Origin: Candidatus Versatilivorator sp.
GTDB taxonomy: Bacteria > Acidobacteriota > Terriglobia > Versatilivoradales > Versatilivoraceae
Direction: 5' to 3'
Length of the DNA stretch: 64,000 nucleotides
NCBI GenBank assembly: GCA_965207735.1
Contig: OZ242296.1
Coordinates: 4,032,001 to 4,096,000 of the forward strand
Part shown: piece after piece, positions 39,685-48,387 of the stretch
Position numbering within the stretch: position 1 is the stretch's first letter
Layout: each line of letters starts with the position of its first letter
The notes under the pieces: generated by a model
Seen by the model: only the letters and a program-made list of their open reading frames with translations
Databases searched by the model: none
What the model was told of the DNA's origin: nothing
Translations under genes and position numbers: made by a program

Positions 39685-40872
39685 ATGACCCATCAAACCC
39701 TGCGACGTTTCCCGTTGGCGCCGGCCGGCGGCTCCACCGCCGGCCTCCTGAGTCGCCTGGATTCCGGCGAGTCCGTCCACCTGGACGAGCTTCCCACCCC
39801 ATGCCTGCTTCTGGACATGGATCTGTTCGAGGCCAACCTCGACAAGATGAGCCGGAACGCCAAGCGCCACTCCATCGGGCTGCGGCCTCACGCCAAGACC
39901 CACAAATGCCCCGAAATCGCCCGGCGGCAGGTCGAGGCGGGTGCGCTGGGGGCCTGCACCGCCACCATCCACGAAGCCGAGGTGCTGGCGGCGGGAGGCA
40001 TACCCGGCCTGCTGATCACCTCCGAGATGGTGGGGCGCAACAAGATGGAGCGGCTGGTGGCGCTGACCCGCAGGCAGCCCGACACCATGTCGGTGGTGGA
40101 TGACATCGCGCACGCCCGCCAGCTCAACGACGCGGCCCAAGCGGGCAATGTGCAGCTCAACGTGCTGGTCGACATCGACCCCATGGGGCGCCGGACAGGA
40201 ACGACGGCCGGAGATCCGGCCATGGCCCTGGCCGAGGGGATCCTGAAGCTGTCGAACCTGAACCTGCGCGGAGTGCATTCCTACTCGGGGGCCAGCTCCC
40301 ACGTGGTCGGATTCGCCGAGCGCAAGGCCCACTCGGAGGAGGTGATGGCGCCTCCCATCGATACCTTTCAGCGGATGAAGAAGGCGGGGATGCCGGTCGA
40401 GATTCTCACCGGAGCCAGCACCGGCACCTACAACATCGACCCCTTTCTGGAAGAGATCACCGAGATGCAGGTGGGGTCTTACGTCTTCATGGACGTCGAC
40501 TACCAGATCATCGGGGGGGAGGGTGGAGAGGTCTACGACGATTTCGCCCCTGCCCTGACCGTGCTGACCACCGTCATGAGCAAGCTCCACCGGGACCTGG
40601 CCACCCTGGACGCGGGCATGAAGGCCTTCGCCACCGACCGGGAGTCGGTGCCCGAAGTCAAGGGTATCAGCGGCACCCGGTACCAGTTCGGCGGCGACGA
40701 GCACGGGATGCTCCAACTGCCCAACCCCAGCCGGGAGATCAAGCTGGGGGACCGACTGGAGTTCGTGGTGCCGCACTGCGATCCCACCGTCAATCTATAC
40801 AACTGCCTCTTGTTGCGCCGGGGAGAGCAGGTTGAGGGCTACTGGCCGGTGGCCGGCCGCGGGCACTCGTAG
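39685..40872 (+). CDS. DSD1-family PLP enzyme (D-serine dehydratase / D-threonine aldolase-like)
   Basis: LRPHAKTHK, GSYVFMD, DEHG and PHCDPTVNL motifs. Confidence 0.88.
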   Translation: MTHQTLRRFPLAPAGGSTAGLLSRLDSGESVHLDELPTPCLLLDMDLFEANLDKMSRNAKRHSIGLRPHAKTHKCPEIARRQVEAGALGACTATIHEAEVLAAGGIPGLLITSEMVGRNKMERLVALTRRQPDTMSVVDDIAHARQLNDAAQAGNVQLNVLVDIDPMGRRTGTTAGDPAMALAEGILKLSNLNLRGVHSYSGASSHVVGFAERKAHSEEVMAPPIDTFQRMKKAGMPVEILTGASTGTYNIDPFLEEITEMQVGSYVFMDVDYQIIGGEGGEVYDDFAPALTVLTTVMSKLHRDLATLDAGMKAFATDRESVPEVKGISGTRYQFGGDEHGMLQLPNPSREIKLGDRLEFVVPHCDPTVNLYNCLLLRRGEQVEGYWPVAGRGHS

Positions 40873-40945
40873 GGGACCCGCTGGCTTTGCCGGCCTCACG
40901 CCTACGACCACGGCCAGGCCTGTTGTGGCGGTCGAGTACGTTGCT

Positions 40946-41030
40946 GTCGCCGCCTTCGCGGCTCGGACTTTTACGCTACACTTTCCATGGGCTTACGCCC
41001 ACGGCTACCTGCTGCCGCGGCTTCGCCGCT
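40946..41030. repeat. REP-like palindromic cluster
   Basis: GTCGCCGCCTTCGCGGCT, CCATGGGCTTACGCCCACGGCTA and GCCGCGGCTTCGCCGCT short hairpins downstream of the operon. Confidence 0.55.
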
Positions 41031-41377
41031 CAAGTGGAACCCCGGTCTGGCGCCCTGCACCCCCGACGCAACGCTGACCCCCACTCCCGGAACGCCGCGT
41101 TTGCCCCCTCCGGCTCGACGGTGGGCTTCACCCTCTCGCGACGCCGCGGCTGCCCCCCTCCGGATCGACGGCGGGTTTCGCCCTTGTCTCGCCGACTCCC
41201 CTCAAGGAGGGAGTGATTCTCGAGCTCTGAACCAACTTTCTTGCCCGATTCTTTGGCGGGATGTAAACCATGTTCCCGGTATAAGGTGTGCATGACGCCC
41301 GCGCTCCCGGGGGGGCAATCCCTTTTAAACGCCTCGTGCCGGTGAAAGGACTTCACATCGCTTCGCTGCTCTTCTTT

Positions 41378-41830
41378 TCACAGCGACTTCAGCAACCCCT
41401 CCACGTGGCCCTTCACCTTGACCTTGCCGTGGACCTCGACGAGGTTGCCTTCCTCGTCTATCACGAAGGTGGAGCGGACGATGCCCATGTACTTCCTTCC
41501 GTACATGGACTTCTCCTGCCAAACTCCGTAGGCCTCGGCGATGGCGTGATCTCCGTCGCTGAGCAATCCGAACGGCAGCGAGAACTTGGCCTTGAACTTC
41601 TGGTGGGATTTGACCGAATCCGGACTGACCCCCAGCACCACCACGCCCTTTTGGCTGAGATCGGCCATCGAATCCCTGAAGTCGCAAGCCTCCTGCGTAC
41701 ACCCCGATGTGTTGTCCTTGGGGTAGAAGTAGAGCACCACCTTTCTGCCTAGTAGGTCCTTGAGGGCCACGGTCTGACCCTGATCGTCGGTGCCCGTGAA
41801 TTCCGGTGCCTTGTCCCCTGCCTTGAGCAT
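41378..41830 (-). CDS. bcp: Thioredoxin-dependent thiol peroxidase (BCP/PrxQ)
   Basis: YFYPKDNTSGCTQEACDFRD and RSTFVIDE. Confidence 0.95.
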   Translation of the reverse strand: MLKAGDKAPEFTGTDDQGQTVALKDLLGRKVVLYFYPKDNTSGCTQEACDFRDSMADLSQKGVVVLGVSPDSVKSHQKFKAKFSLPFGLLSDGDHAIAEAYGVWQEKSMYGRKYMGIVRSTFVIDEEGNLVEVHGKVKVKGHVEGLLKSL

Positions 41831-42009
41831 GCCATCCTCCTTGTGTCGGTTGATTCGGTTGACAACGTTGGATCGAAACGGAATCTCGGGGCGGAATCGC
41901 CATCGCCCGGGTTGCGGCGGCCTGCGCCGGCGATTCCAAGCCGCCCGGACCCCCTATCCTAGTCGGAGGCGGTCCCATCGCAAAGCCTCAGGAAGGGATC
42001 TCCGCGCCA

Positions 42010-42035
42010 ATCCTGTGCATCCTGTGCATCGATGT
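42010..42035. repeat. ATCCTGT-trimer repeat, same family as 50002-50235
   Basis: ATCCTGTGCATCCTGTGCATCGATGT. Confidence 0.6.
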
Positions 42036-42168
42036 AAGAAATCGATGTGAATCACATGGCAGCCTGTTCCCCCCGGTCTCCGAAACCAGTCAAGGCCCGG
42101 CCTCTTGACTCCGCTGCCCCGCTTCACTAATCTAAACTCACAGAGGACGATCCTACGAGGCCAACCCC

Positions 42169-45162
42169 ATGGCTGCGCTGTTGTCCCGAGCGTCTCTAAT
42201 CCGCCTTTCACTGCTGACCGCCTGGCTGCTGGTCGTACCCGGGGCAATCCCCGCGGCTGCCGAATCCGACCCTCCGCCCGGCTTCGAGACCGGGATTCTG
42301 CCCGTGCTGCAGGCCAAGTGCCTGGCTTGTCACGGCCCGCAAAGCCGGCAGGGTGAGCTGGACCTCGGCTCTCTGGAGAGCCTCCTCGAGGGCGGGGCCT
42401 CGGGACCTTCGGTCGTTCCGGGATCTGCCGAGCAGAGCCTGCTCTTTCAAAAGGTGGAGACCGGGCAGATGCCGCTCGGGCAGGATCCGCTGAGCCCCCG
42501 CGACTTGGAAATCATCCGGCGCTGGATCGACCAGGGAGCCTTGGCCGACGGCCAGGATCCCGAGGCGTTCCAGGCCCGCAAGGATCTGAAACCCGCCGTC
42601 ACCAGCCACGACGTGCTGGCGCCCATCCTGCACGTGCGCTGCCTGATCTGCCACGGACGCCGAACGCAGGAAGCAGGCCTGGACCTGCGGACCCGGGCCA
42701 GCATCCTGAAAGGGGGAGAGTCGGGCCCGGCCATGGTTCCGGGCAAGCCTGAAGAGAGCCTGCTGTTGCAACGCATCCAGGCCGAGGAGATGCCGCCTCC
42801 CAAGGACTTTTCCCGGTTCTGTGTCCGCCCCGTCACCTCGGGCGAACTGGAGAAACTGCGGCGCTGGATTGCCGACGGAGCTCCGGAAGCCCCGCCAAAC
42901 GGGGCCTCGAGAGCCGCCAAGGGATCGGCCGACACGGAAAAAGACCCGGCGCTCTGGTCCTTTCAGCCGCCGCGCAGGCCTGCCGTCCCCCGAGTTGCCG
43001 AAAGCAATCGGGTCCGGAATCCGATTGACGCCTTTCTATTGGAAAAGCTGGAGGCACGCGGGCTTGCCTTCGCTCCCCCGGCCGACCGCCTGGCCCTGAT
43101 GCGCCGGGCCTATCTGGACCTGGTTGGCTTGCCTCCCACCCCCGACGAAGTCAGGGCCTACCACCGGGACGCCGACCCTCAAGCCTACGAACGGCTGGTC
43201 GATCGGCTGCTGGATTCCGCGCACTATGGGGAACGCTGGGGCCGATACTGGCTGGATGCTGCCGGCTACGCCGACTCCGAGGGCAAGGTCCATGCCGACA
43301 ATCTGCGGCCCCACGCCTACCGCTACCGGGACTACGTCATCCGATCCTTCAACGACGACAAGCCCTACGACCGCTTCCTGCTGGAGCAGATCGCGGGCGA
43401 CGAGCTGGTGGACTACCGAAAGCTCAAATCCCTGACTCCGGATGAGGTGGAACCTCTGATCGCCACCGGCTTCCTGCGCATGGCGCCCGACGGCACCTGG
43501 TCCGGAGCTCAGAATTTCGTCCCCGAGCGGCTGGACGTAGTGGCCGACCAGGTGGAGGTGCTGAGCTCGACGGTGATGGGCCTGACCCTGGCCTGCGCCC
43601 GCTGCCACGACCACAAGTACGACCCGCTCCCCCAGCGTGACTTCTATCGCTTCAGCGCCATCCTGCGCTCGGCCTACGACCCTTACGACTGGTTGATTCC
43701 CCAGGAGCCCCTGCTGGCGCCGTCGGGAGGCCCCTTTCCCAAACGGCTGCTCCGTTACGGGTCGGAGAAGGAACTCCGGCAGGTGAAGCGGAACAACGGT
43801 CCCGTGGAGCAAGAGATCAAGCGTCTGAAGCGTTCTCTGGAAGAGAAGGCAGCCCCCTTCCGAAAGCAACTGCTGCAGGAAAAAATGGAAAAGATCCCGG
43901 CAGCACTGCGGGCGGACGTGGAAGCAGCCGCGGAGGTTGCCGAGGACAGTCGCAGCGAGTTGCAGAAATACCTGGTGGAGGCCTTTCAAGAGTTTCTCAC
44001 GCTGGAACCCGGCGAGTTGGAGAAACGCTTCGAGAAGTACCGAAAAGAGTCGGCCAAGATCAAGGAAGCGGTCACGAAGGCCGAAAAGAAGCTGCAGCGC
44101 CGTCCCTCCATCCGGGCGCTGTTCGACATGCCGGGGAAACCCACTCCGAACTACCTGCTGCTTCGGGGGGAGCATATCCGTCCCGGCGATTCCGTCGAAC
44201 CCGGAATCCCCACGGCGCTCAGGCCGCAAACCCGTCCCTACCGTATCGAGAAGCCCGAGTGGAGCAGCGGGCGGCGACTGGCTCTGGCCAGGTGGCTGGG
44301 ACAACCCGATCACCCCTTGACAGCCCGGGTGATGGTGAACCGTATCTGGCAGCACCATTTCGGCAGGGGCCTGGTGGCCACGCCCGGCAACTTCGGCAAG
44401 CTGGGGGCCGTCCCATCCCATCCGGAACTGCTGGACTGGTTGGCCACCGAGTTCGTGCGACGAGGCTGGAGCATGAAGGCCATGCACCGGCTGATCATGA
44501 CCTCCAGCGCCTACCGCCAGTCCTCGGGCAGTGCCGGCGATGAGGCGGCCAACGGCCATTCGGACAACTCCCTGCTCTCCCGATTTCCCCTGCAGCGGCT
44601 GGATGCCGAGGCCCTGCGCGACTCGATACTGAAGATCTCCGCCCGGCTGGACCCCACTCCCTTCGGCCCGGCCGACCAGGTCGAAGTCCAAAAGGACGGC
44701 GAAGTCACCAGCCAGTGCAGCTCGGCCGGCTGCCGGCGCAGTGTCTACATGCTGCAAAGACGCACCACTCCCCTGACCATGCTGGATACCTTCGACGCCC
44801 CCCAGCTCAACCCCAACTGCGTCAAGCGTTCCCAGTCGATGGTCACCTCACAGGCCCTTCAACTCTGGAATAGCCAACTGGCCCGCAAGAGTGCCCGCCA
44901 CTTCGCGGGCCGGGTCATCGACGCCGTGGGCAGCGACCTGGAGAGCCAGGTGGAGCAGGTCTATCTGGCCGCCTTGTCCCGCTGGCCCACCGCCACCGAG
45001 AAAGCGGTCGCCCTCAGGGAGATCGGTCAACTGGACCGGCATTGGGCCGAGCACCTGGAGAGCGACACGCCGGCCGAGCCCAGGCGGTCGCGAGCCCGCT
45101 GGCTGGCCCTCTCCACCTTTTGTCACGCCATATTGAACTCGGCGGAATTTATCTTCTATTGA
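42169..45162 (+). CDS. Planctomycete-type di-cytochrome c / DUF1549 / DUF1553 protein
   Basis: CLACH, CLICH and CARCHDHK; YGERWGRYWLD; VNRIWQHHFGRG. Confidence 0.9.
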   Translation: MAALLSRASLIRLSLLTAWLLVVPGAIPAAAESDPPPGFETGILPVLQAKCLACHGPQSRQGELDLGSLESLLEGGASGPSVVPGSAEQSLLFQKVETGQMPLGQDPLSPRDLEIIRRWIDQGALADGQDPEAFQARKDLKPAVTSHDVLAPILHVRCLICHGRRTQEAGLDLRTRASILKGGESGPAMVPGKPEESLLLQRIQAEEMPPPKDFSRFCVRPVTSGELEKLRRWIADGAPEAPPNGASRAAKGSADTEKDPALWSFQPPRRPAVPRVAESNRVRNPIDAFLLEKLEARGLAFAPPADRLALMRRAYLDLVGLPPTPDEVRAYHRDADPQAYERLVDRLLDSAHYGERWGRYWLDAAGYADSEGKVHADNLRPHAYRYRDYVIRSFNDDKPYDRFLLEQIAGDELVDYRKLKSLTPDEVEPLIATGFLRMAPDGTWSGAQNFVPERLDVVADQVEVLSSTVMGLTLACARCHDHKYDPLPQRDFYRFSAILRSAYDPYDWLIPQEPLLAPSGGPFPKRLLRYGSEKELRQVKRNNGPVEQEIKRLKRSLEEKAAPFRKQLLQEKMEKIPAALRADVEAAAEVAEDSRSELQKYLVEAFQEFLTLEPGELEKRFEKYRKESAKIKEAVTKAEKKLQRRPSIRALFDMPGKPTPNYLLLRGEHIRPGDSVEPGIPTALRPQTRPYRIEKPEWSSGRRLALARWLGQPDHPLTARVMVNRIWQHHFGRGLVATPGNFGKLGAVPSHPELLDWLATEFVRRGWSMKAMHRLIMTSSAYRQSSGSAGDEAANGHSDNSLLSRFPLQRLDAEALRDSILKISARLDPTPFGPADQVEVQKDGEVTSQCSSAGCRRSVYMLQRRTTPLTMLDTFDAPQLNPNCVKRSQSMVTSQALQLWNSQLARKSARHFAGRVIDAVGSDLESQVEQVYLAALSRWPTATEKAVALREIGQLDRHWAEHLESDTPAEPRRSRARWLALSTFCHAILNSAEFIFY

Positions 45163-45173
45163 GCGAGGAAACC

Positions 45174-46670
45174 ATGAGACCTGGGGACCGATCCCGTTTG
45201 GAGTCCACCCTTCCGAGCCGGGAGTCCGCGGAAACGGCGGCGCCCCTGCCTTCCCGCAGGGAGCTGTTTTCCAGCCTGGGCAACGGGTTTATGGGGGGTG
45301 CCCTGGCCTACCTGCTGGGAAGGGACCTCTTGTCCGCCCAACCCCTGCCGGCCGACAGCGGGCAGGCGCCCGACCTGAGACCCAGGAGACCTCACTATCA
45401 ACCGCGCGCGAAGTCGGTGATCCACCTCTTCATGAATGGCGGGCCCAGCCAGATCGATCTGTTCGACCCCAAGCCCATGCTGAAGAAGCACGAGGGGCAG
45501 CCGCCCGGACGCGACCTGACCAATGACGTGGAACAGATCGCCTCCGTCGGCACCCTGATGCCCTCCCCCTTCGAATTCCGAAAGCGGGGCCAGTGCGGAA
45601 TGGAGATTTCGGAGATGCTTCCCTTCCTGTCCCGCAAGGTGGACGACATCGCCTTGGTCCGTTCCATGTTCACCAAGCACTTCAACCACGAGCCCGCCAT
45701 TTTCCTGATGCAGTCGGGACGGACCATCGTCGGACGTCCCAGCCTGGGATCCTGGGTGGTCTACGGGCTGGGCAGCGAGAACCAGAATCTTCCCGCTTAC
45801 GTGGTGCTGGACGACCCCAAGATGCTCCCGGTGAACGGCCTTCAGAACTGGCAGGCGGGATGGCTGCCACCCATCTACCAGGGAACCCGCTTGAAGTCGG
45901 AGGGCTCTCCCCTGCTCAACCTGCATCCCAAGGAGGAATTTCCCGGTCCGGTGTTGAACATGGCCCGGTCGATCCTCACCCGGCTGGACCGGGGCCACCT
46001 GCACCGCCACCCGGGCCAGCCGGAGCTGCAGGCCCGCATCACCAATTACGAACTGGCCGCCCGCATGCAGATCGCCGCCAGCGATGCCCTGGATCTCTCC
46101 CAGGAGAGCCCGGCCACGCACGAGATGTACGGCTTGAACGACGAGGCCACGGCTTCCTACGGGAGGCGCTGCCTGATGGCCCGCCGGCTGGTGGAACGGG
46201 GAGTCCGCATGGTCCAGCTCTACATCGAGGAGCAGATCTGGGACCAGCACCAAGACCTGGCGGGCGGCCTGCGCTACGCCTGCGGCAAGACCGACAAGCC
46301 CGTTCACGCCCTGCTGACCGACCTGAAGCAGCGAGGCCTGTGGGACAGCACCCTGGTAGTGTGGGGAGGCGAGTTCGGCCGGCTGCCTCTTTCCCAGCAT
46401 CCCGACAAGGCGGCGGGCCGGGACCACGGACCGCCAGGATTCAGCGTCTGGCTGGCCGGGGCCGGGATCAAGGGGGGAACGGTCTATGGCGCCACCGACG
46501 AGCTCGGCCACCGCGCCGTCGAGAACCCGGTCAGCGTGCACGACCTGCACGCCACCATCCTGCACCTTCTGGGAATGAACCACCGCGACCTGGTCTACCG
46601 GCGCGAAGGACGTAATGAGCGCCTCACCGACGAATACCCGGCCCGGGTGGTGAAGGGGATACTGGCCTGA
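45174..46670 (+). CDS. DUF1501 domain protein
   Basis: SRRELF, LFMNGGPSQIDLFDPKP, EFGRLP, GRDH, HDLHATILHLLG. Confidence 0.9.
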   Translation: MRPGDRSRLESTLPSRESAETAAPLPSRRELFSSLGNGFMGGALAYLLGRDLLSAQPLPADSGQAPDLRPRRPHYQPRAKSVIHLFMNGGPSQIDLFDPKPMLKKHEGQPPGRDLTNDVEQIASVGTLMPSPFEFRKRGQCGMEISEMLPFLSRKVDDIALVRSMFTKHFNHEPAIFLMQSGRTIVGRPSLGSWVVYGLGSENQNLPAYVVLDDPKMLPVNGLQNWQAGWLPPIYQGTRLKSEGSPLLNLHPKEEFPGPVLNMARSILTRLDRGHLHRHPGQPELQARITNYELAARMQIAASDALDLSQESPATHEMYGLNDEATASYGRRCLMARRLVERGVRMVQLYIEEQIWDQHQDLAGGLRYACGKTDKPVHALLTDLKQRGLWDSTLVVWGGEFGRLPLSQHPDKAAGRDHGPPGFSVWLAGAGIKGGTVYGATDELGHRAVENPVSVHDLHATILHLLGMNHRDLVYRREGRNERLTDEYPARVVKGILA

Positions 46671-46708
46671 TCGGGGCTTGCGGAACTTGTCTGAAACAAC
46701 CCCGCAGT

Positions 46709-48103
46709 TCAAGCGGCTGCGATTTGTGGAACCAGGTTGAAACCAAGAGACTTAGCAGCATCTTTGAGGCCCGCGAGGCGGCGTCTCCGGAACCGGTCTT
46801 CGTAGCACGCTTCCCCGATGTCGATGTAGTCCTGGCCGTAGCGCAGCATGCGGTAGACGAGAACGGCCAGCCGGCGGGCCATGGAGAAGACGGCGACGGT
46901 CCATCCCTTGTGGCGGGCCTTGCGACGGAAGGCGGCCCCCAGAGCGGTCTTGGAGTGCTTCAGAGAGACGGCTGCCATGCGCAGGACGGCGGCGGCGCGA
47001 GTAGACCCGGTGCTGTTGGCCTTCTTGTAGTGGAGCGGCTTGCCTGCGGAGACGGCCGTTTTTGGAGCCAGGCGCAGCCAGGATACAAAGTGCTTCTCCG
47101 AGGGGAAGGCCGTCAGGTCGAGGCTGGCCTCAGTCAGCAGGGTCAGGGCCGCTTCGGTGCCGATGCCGTCGATACGCGTCAGATCGACTCCGGCAAAGCG
47201 CCACAGTTCGGTGCGCAGGTGGTGCCCACCGCGGCGGCGAATCGCCTTTTCCTTGATCGCATTGGGATGCTTCGGCACGGGCTGGTCGTGGCGCTCCACC
47301 GGTTGCAGCGCCTGGATTTCCTCCAGGATGCGGGCCTCATAGGCCGCAATCTCGCGTTGAGTCATGTCGTAGAGCTTCAGCGCCGACTTGAGGTTGAACA
47401 GATGCTCTTCTCGCCAGTTGCCTCTGAGGTGCTCGGCAAACTCCCGGCTGGACTTCTTGCACCGTCGGTCCCGCAGACCCGCCAGACGGACCGGGTCCCG
47501 TTCTCCGTTGACAATCGCCCGCACGATCGCTATCCCCGTCTGACCGGTCAGATCGGTGACCGCACGATGGATCTGGACGTTCATCTGATCCAGCGCCTTC
47601 TGCATCCACTGCACAAAGCGGGTACTCTCGGCCCCCAGAGTGCTCAGTTGCCGGTGCAGGGTCCGAACCCGGACGATCGCCTCGTGCGGACGGAAGGATC
47701 CCCGCAGCAAGCCGCAACTGTGCAGCAACTGGATCCACTGGCAGTCCCGCATGTCGGTCTTGCGGCCCGGAACGTAGCGCAACTGCCGGGCGTTGACCAG
47801 CAAGACCTCGATGCCGCAGGACTCCAGCAGTTCGTAGAGGGGAATCCAATACACGTTGGTGCTCTCCATCGCCACCGACTCCACCCCTTGCTCCAGCAAC
47901 CAGTCGGCCAGTTGCTGCAGTTGCTCCATGGTGGTGCCGAAGGTGCGCACGTTCGGCTTCCCTGGGGTTGCCTCCGGAGCGCACACCCAGTGCTCCCGAC
48001 TCCCCAGGTCGATCCCTGCCACCTCGGGGTGGATCCGCGACAAGGCTGTCGAACGGCTGCGCTTCTTCTTCGTCTTCGTGTTGACTTTCCTGCTCTTTTG
48101 CAT
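46709..48103 (-). CDS. IS110-family DEDD recombinase/transposase
   Basis: AGIDLG, VAMESTNVYW, KTDMRDCQW, IDGIG, F.SWLRLAP...SAG; GAGGAGG RBS before ATG at 48103. Confidence 0.93.
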   Translation of the reverse strand: MQKSRKVNTKTKKKRSRSTALSRIHPEVAGIDLGSREHWVCAPEATPGKPNVRTFGTTMEQLQQLADWLLEQGVESVAMESTNVYWIPLYELLESCGIEVLLVNARQLRYVPGRKTDMRDCQWIQLLHSCGLLRGSFRPHEAIVRVRTLHRQLSTLGAESTRFVQWMQKALDQMNVQIHRAVTDLTGQTGIAIVRAIVNGERDPVRLAGLRDRRCKKSSREFAEHLRGNWREEHLFNLKSALKLYDMTQREIAAYEARILEEIQALQPVERHDQPVPKHPNAIKEKAIRRRGGHHLRTELWRFAGVDLTRIDGIGTEAALTLLTEASLDLTAFPSEKHFVSWLRLAPKTAVSAGKPLHYKKANSTGSTRAAAVLRMAAVSLKHSKTALGAAFRRKARHKGWTVAVFSMARRLAVLVYRMLRYGQDYIDIGEACYEDRFRRRRLAGLKDAAKSLGFNLVPQIAAA

Positions 48104-48143
48104 GAGATTGGCCTCCTCGGCGGCGATCACTCCGGCCCGAGTT

Positions 48144-48335
48144 GGCGTGGTCGTTCGGATTCTTGTCTTGAGGAGAGCTTCCCGGGAAGCCTCACTAATG
48201 AATGATGACCTGCTCGGACCCAGACTTGCCTTGGGGCACGGGGCACCAATGCTGGAACGGGGCGTAGCTGCCGGAGTCTCGCCAGGTGCTTATTCTTTCA
48301 CAATGATCCGTTGTTTCACCCTCGAATGATCCGCC
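48144..48335 (+). ncRNA. Candidate IS110 bridge-like RNA, antisense to the recombinase
   Basis: Outer stem 48144-48158/48322-48335 encloses TTCTTGTCT, GACTTGCCT and GTTGTTTCA, which match the element's junction halves. Transcription is not shown. Confidence 0.55.
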
Positions 48336-48387
48336 CGTCGTGGGGGGCGGGGGCGGGACTTGCCTGAAACAACCCAAAAAGACAAAA

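Larger units (their letters stand above)
46691..48365 (-). mobile_element. IS110-family element bounded by CT cores, without TIRs
   Basis: Junctions AACTTGT-CT-GAAACAACCC (CT at 46691-46692) and GACTTGC-CT-GAAACAACCC (CT at 48364-48365) flank the recombinase. Exact ends are inferred. Confidence 0.75.

Noticed and set aside
36437-40776. Long antisense ORFs (581 aa, 547 aa and similar shadows elsewhere)
   Set aside because: They overlap well-supported genes on the opposite strand and have no motifs; expected in high-GC DNA.
41082-41216. Complete MITE ending in CGACTCCCCTCAAGGAGGGAGTGAT
   Set aside because: Only one well-formed hairpin end, a 7-bp inverted match and a single copy in the window; cannot be delimited.
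46684-46702. Long target-site duplication flanking the IS110
   Set aside because: The two copies differ at 2 positions and IS110 recombinases do not make long TSDs; better read as similar donor and target sites.
48292-48300. ATTCTTTCA as a fourth guide segment
   Set aside because: It matches the junction only 7/9 and partly lies in a predicted stem; not supportable without covariation data.
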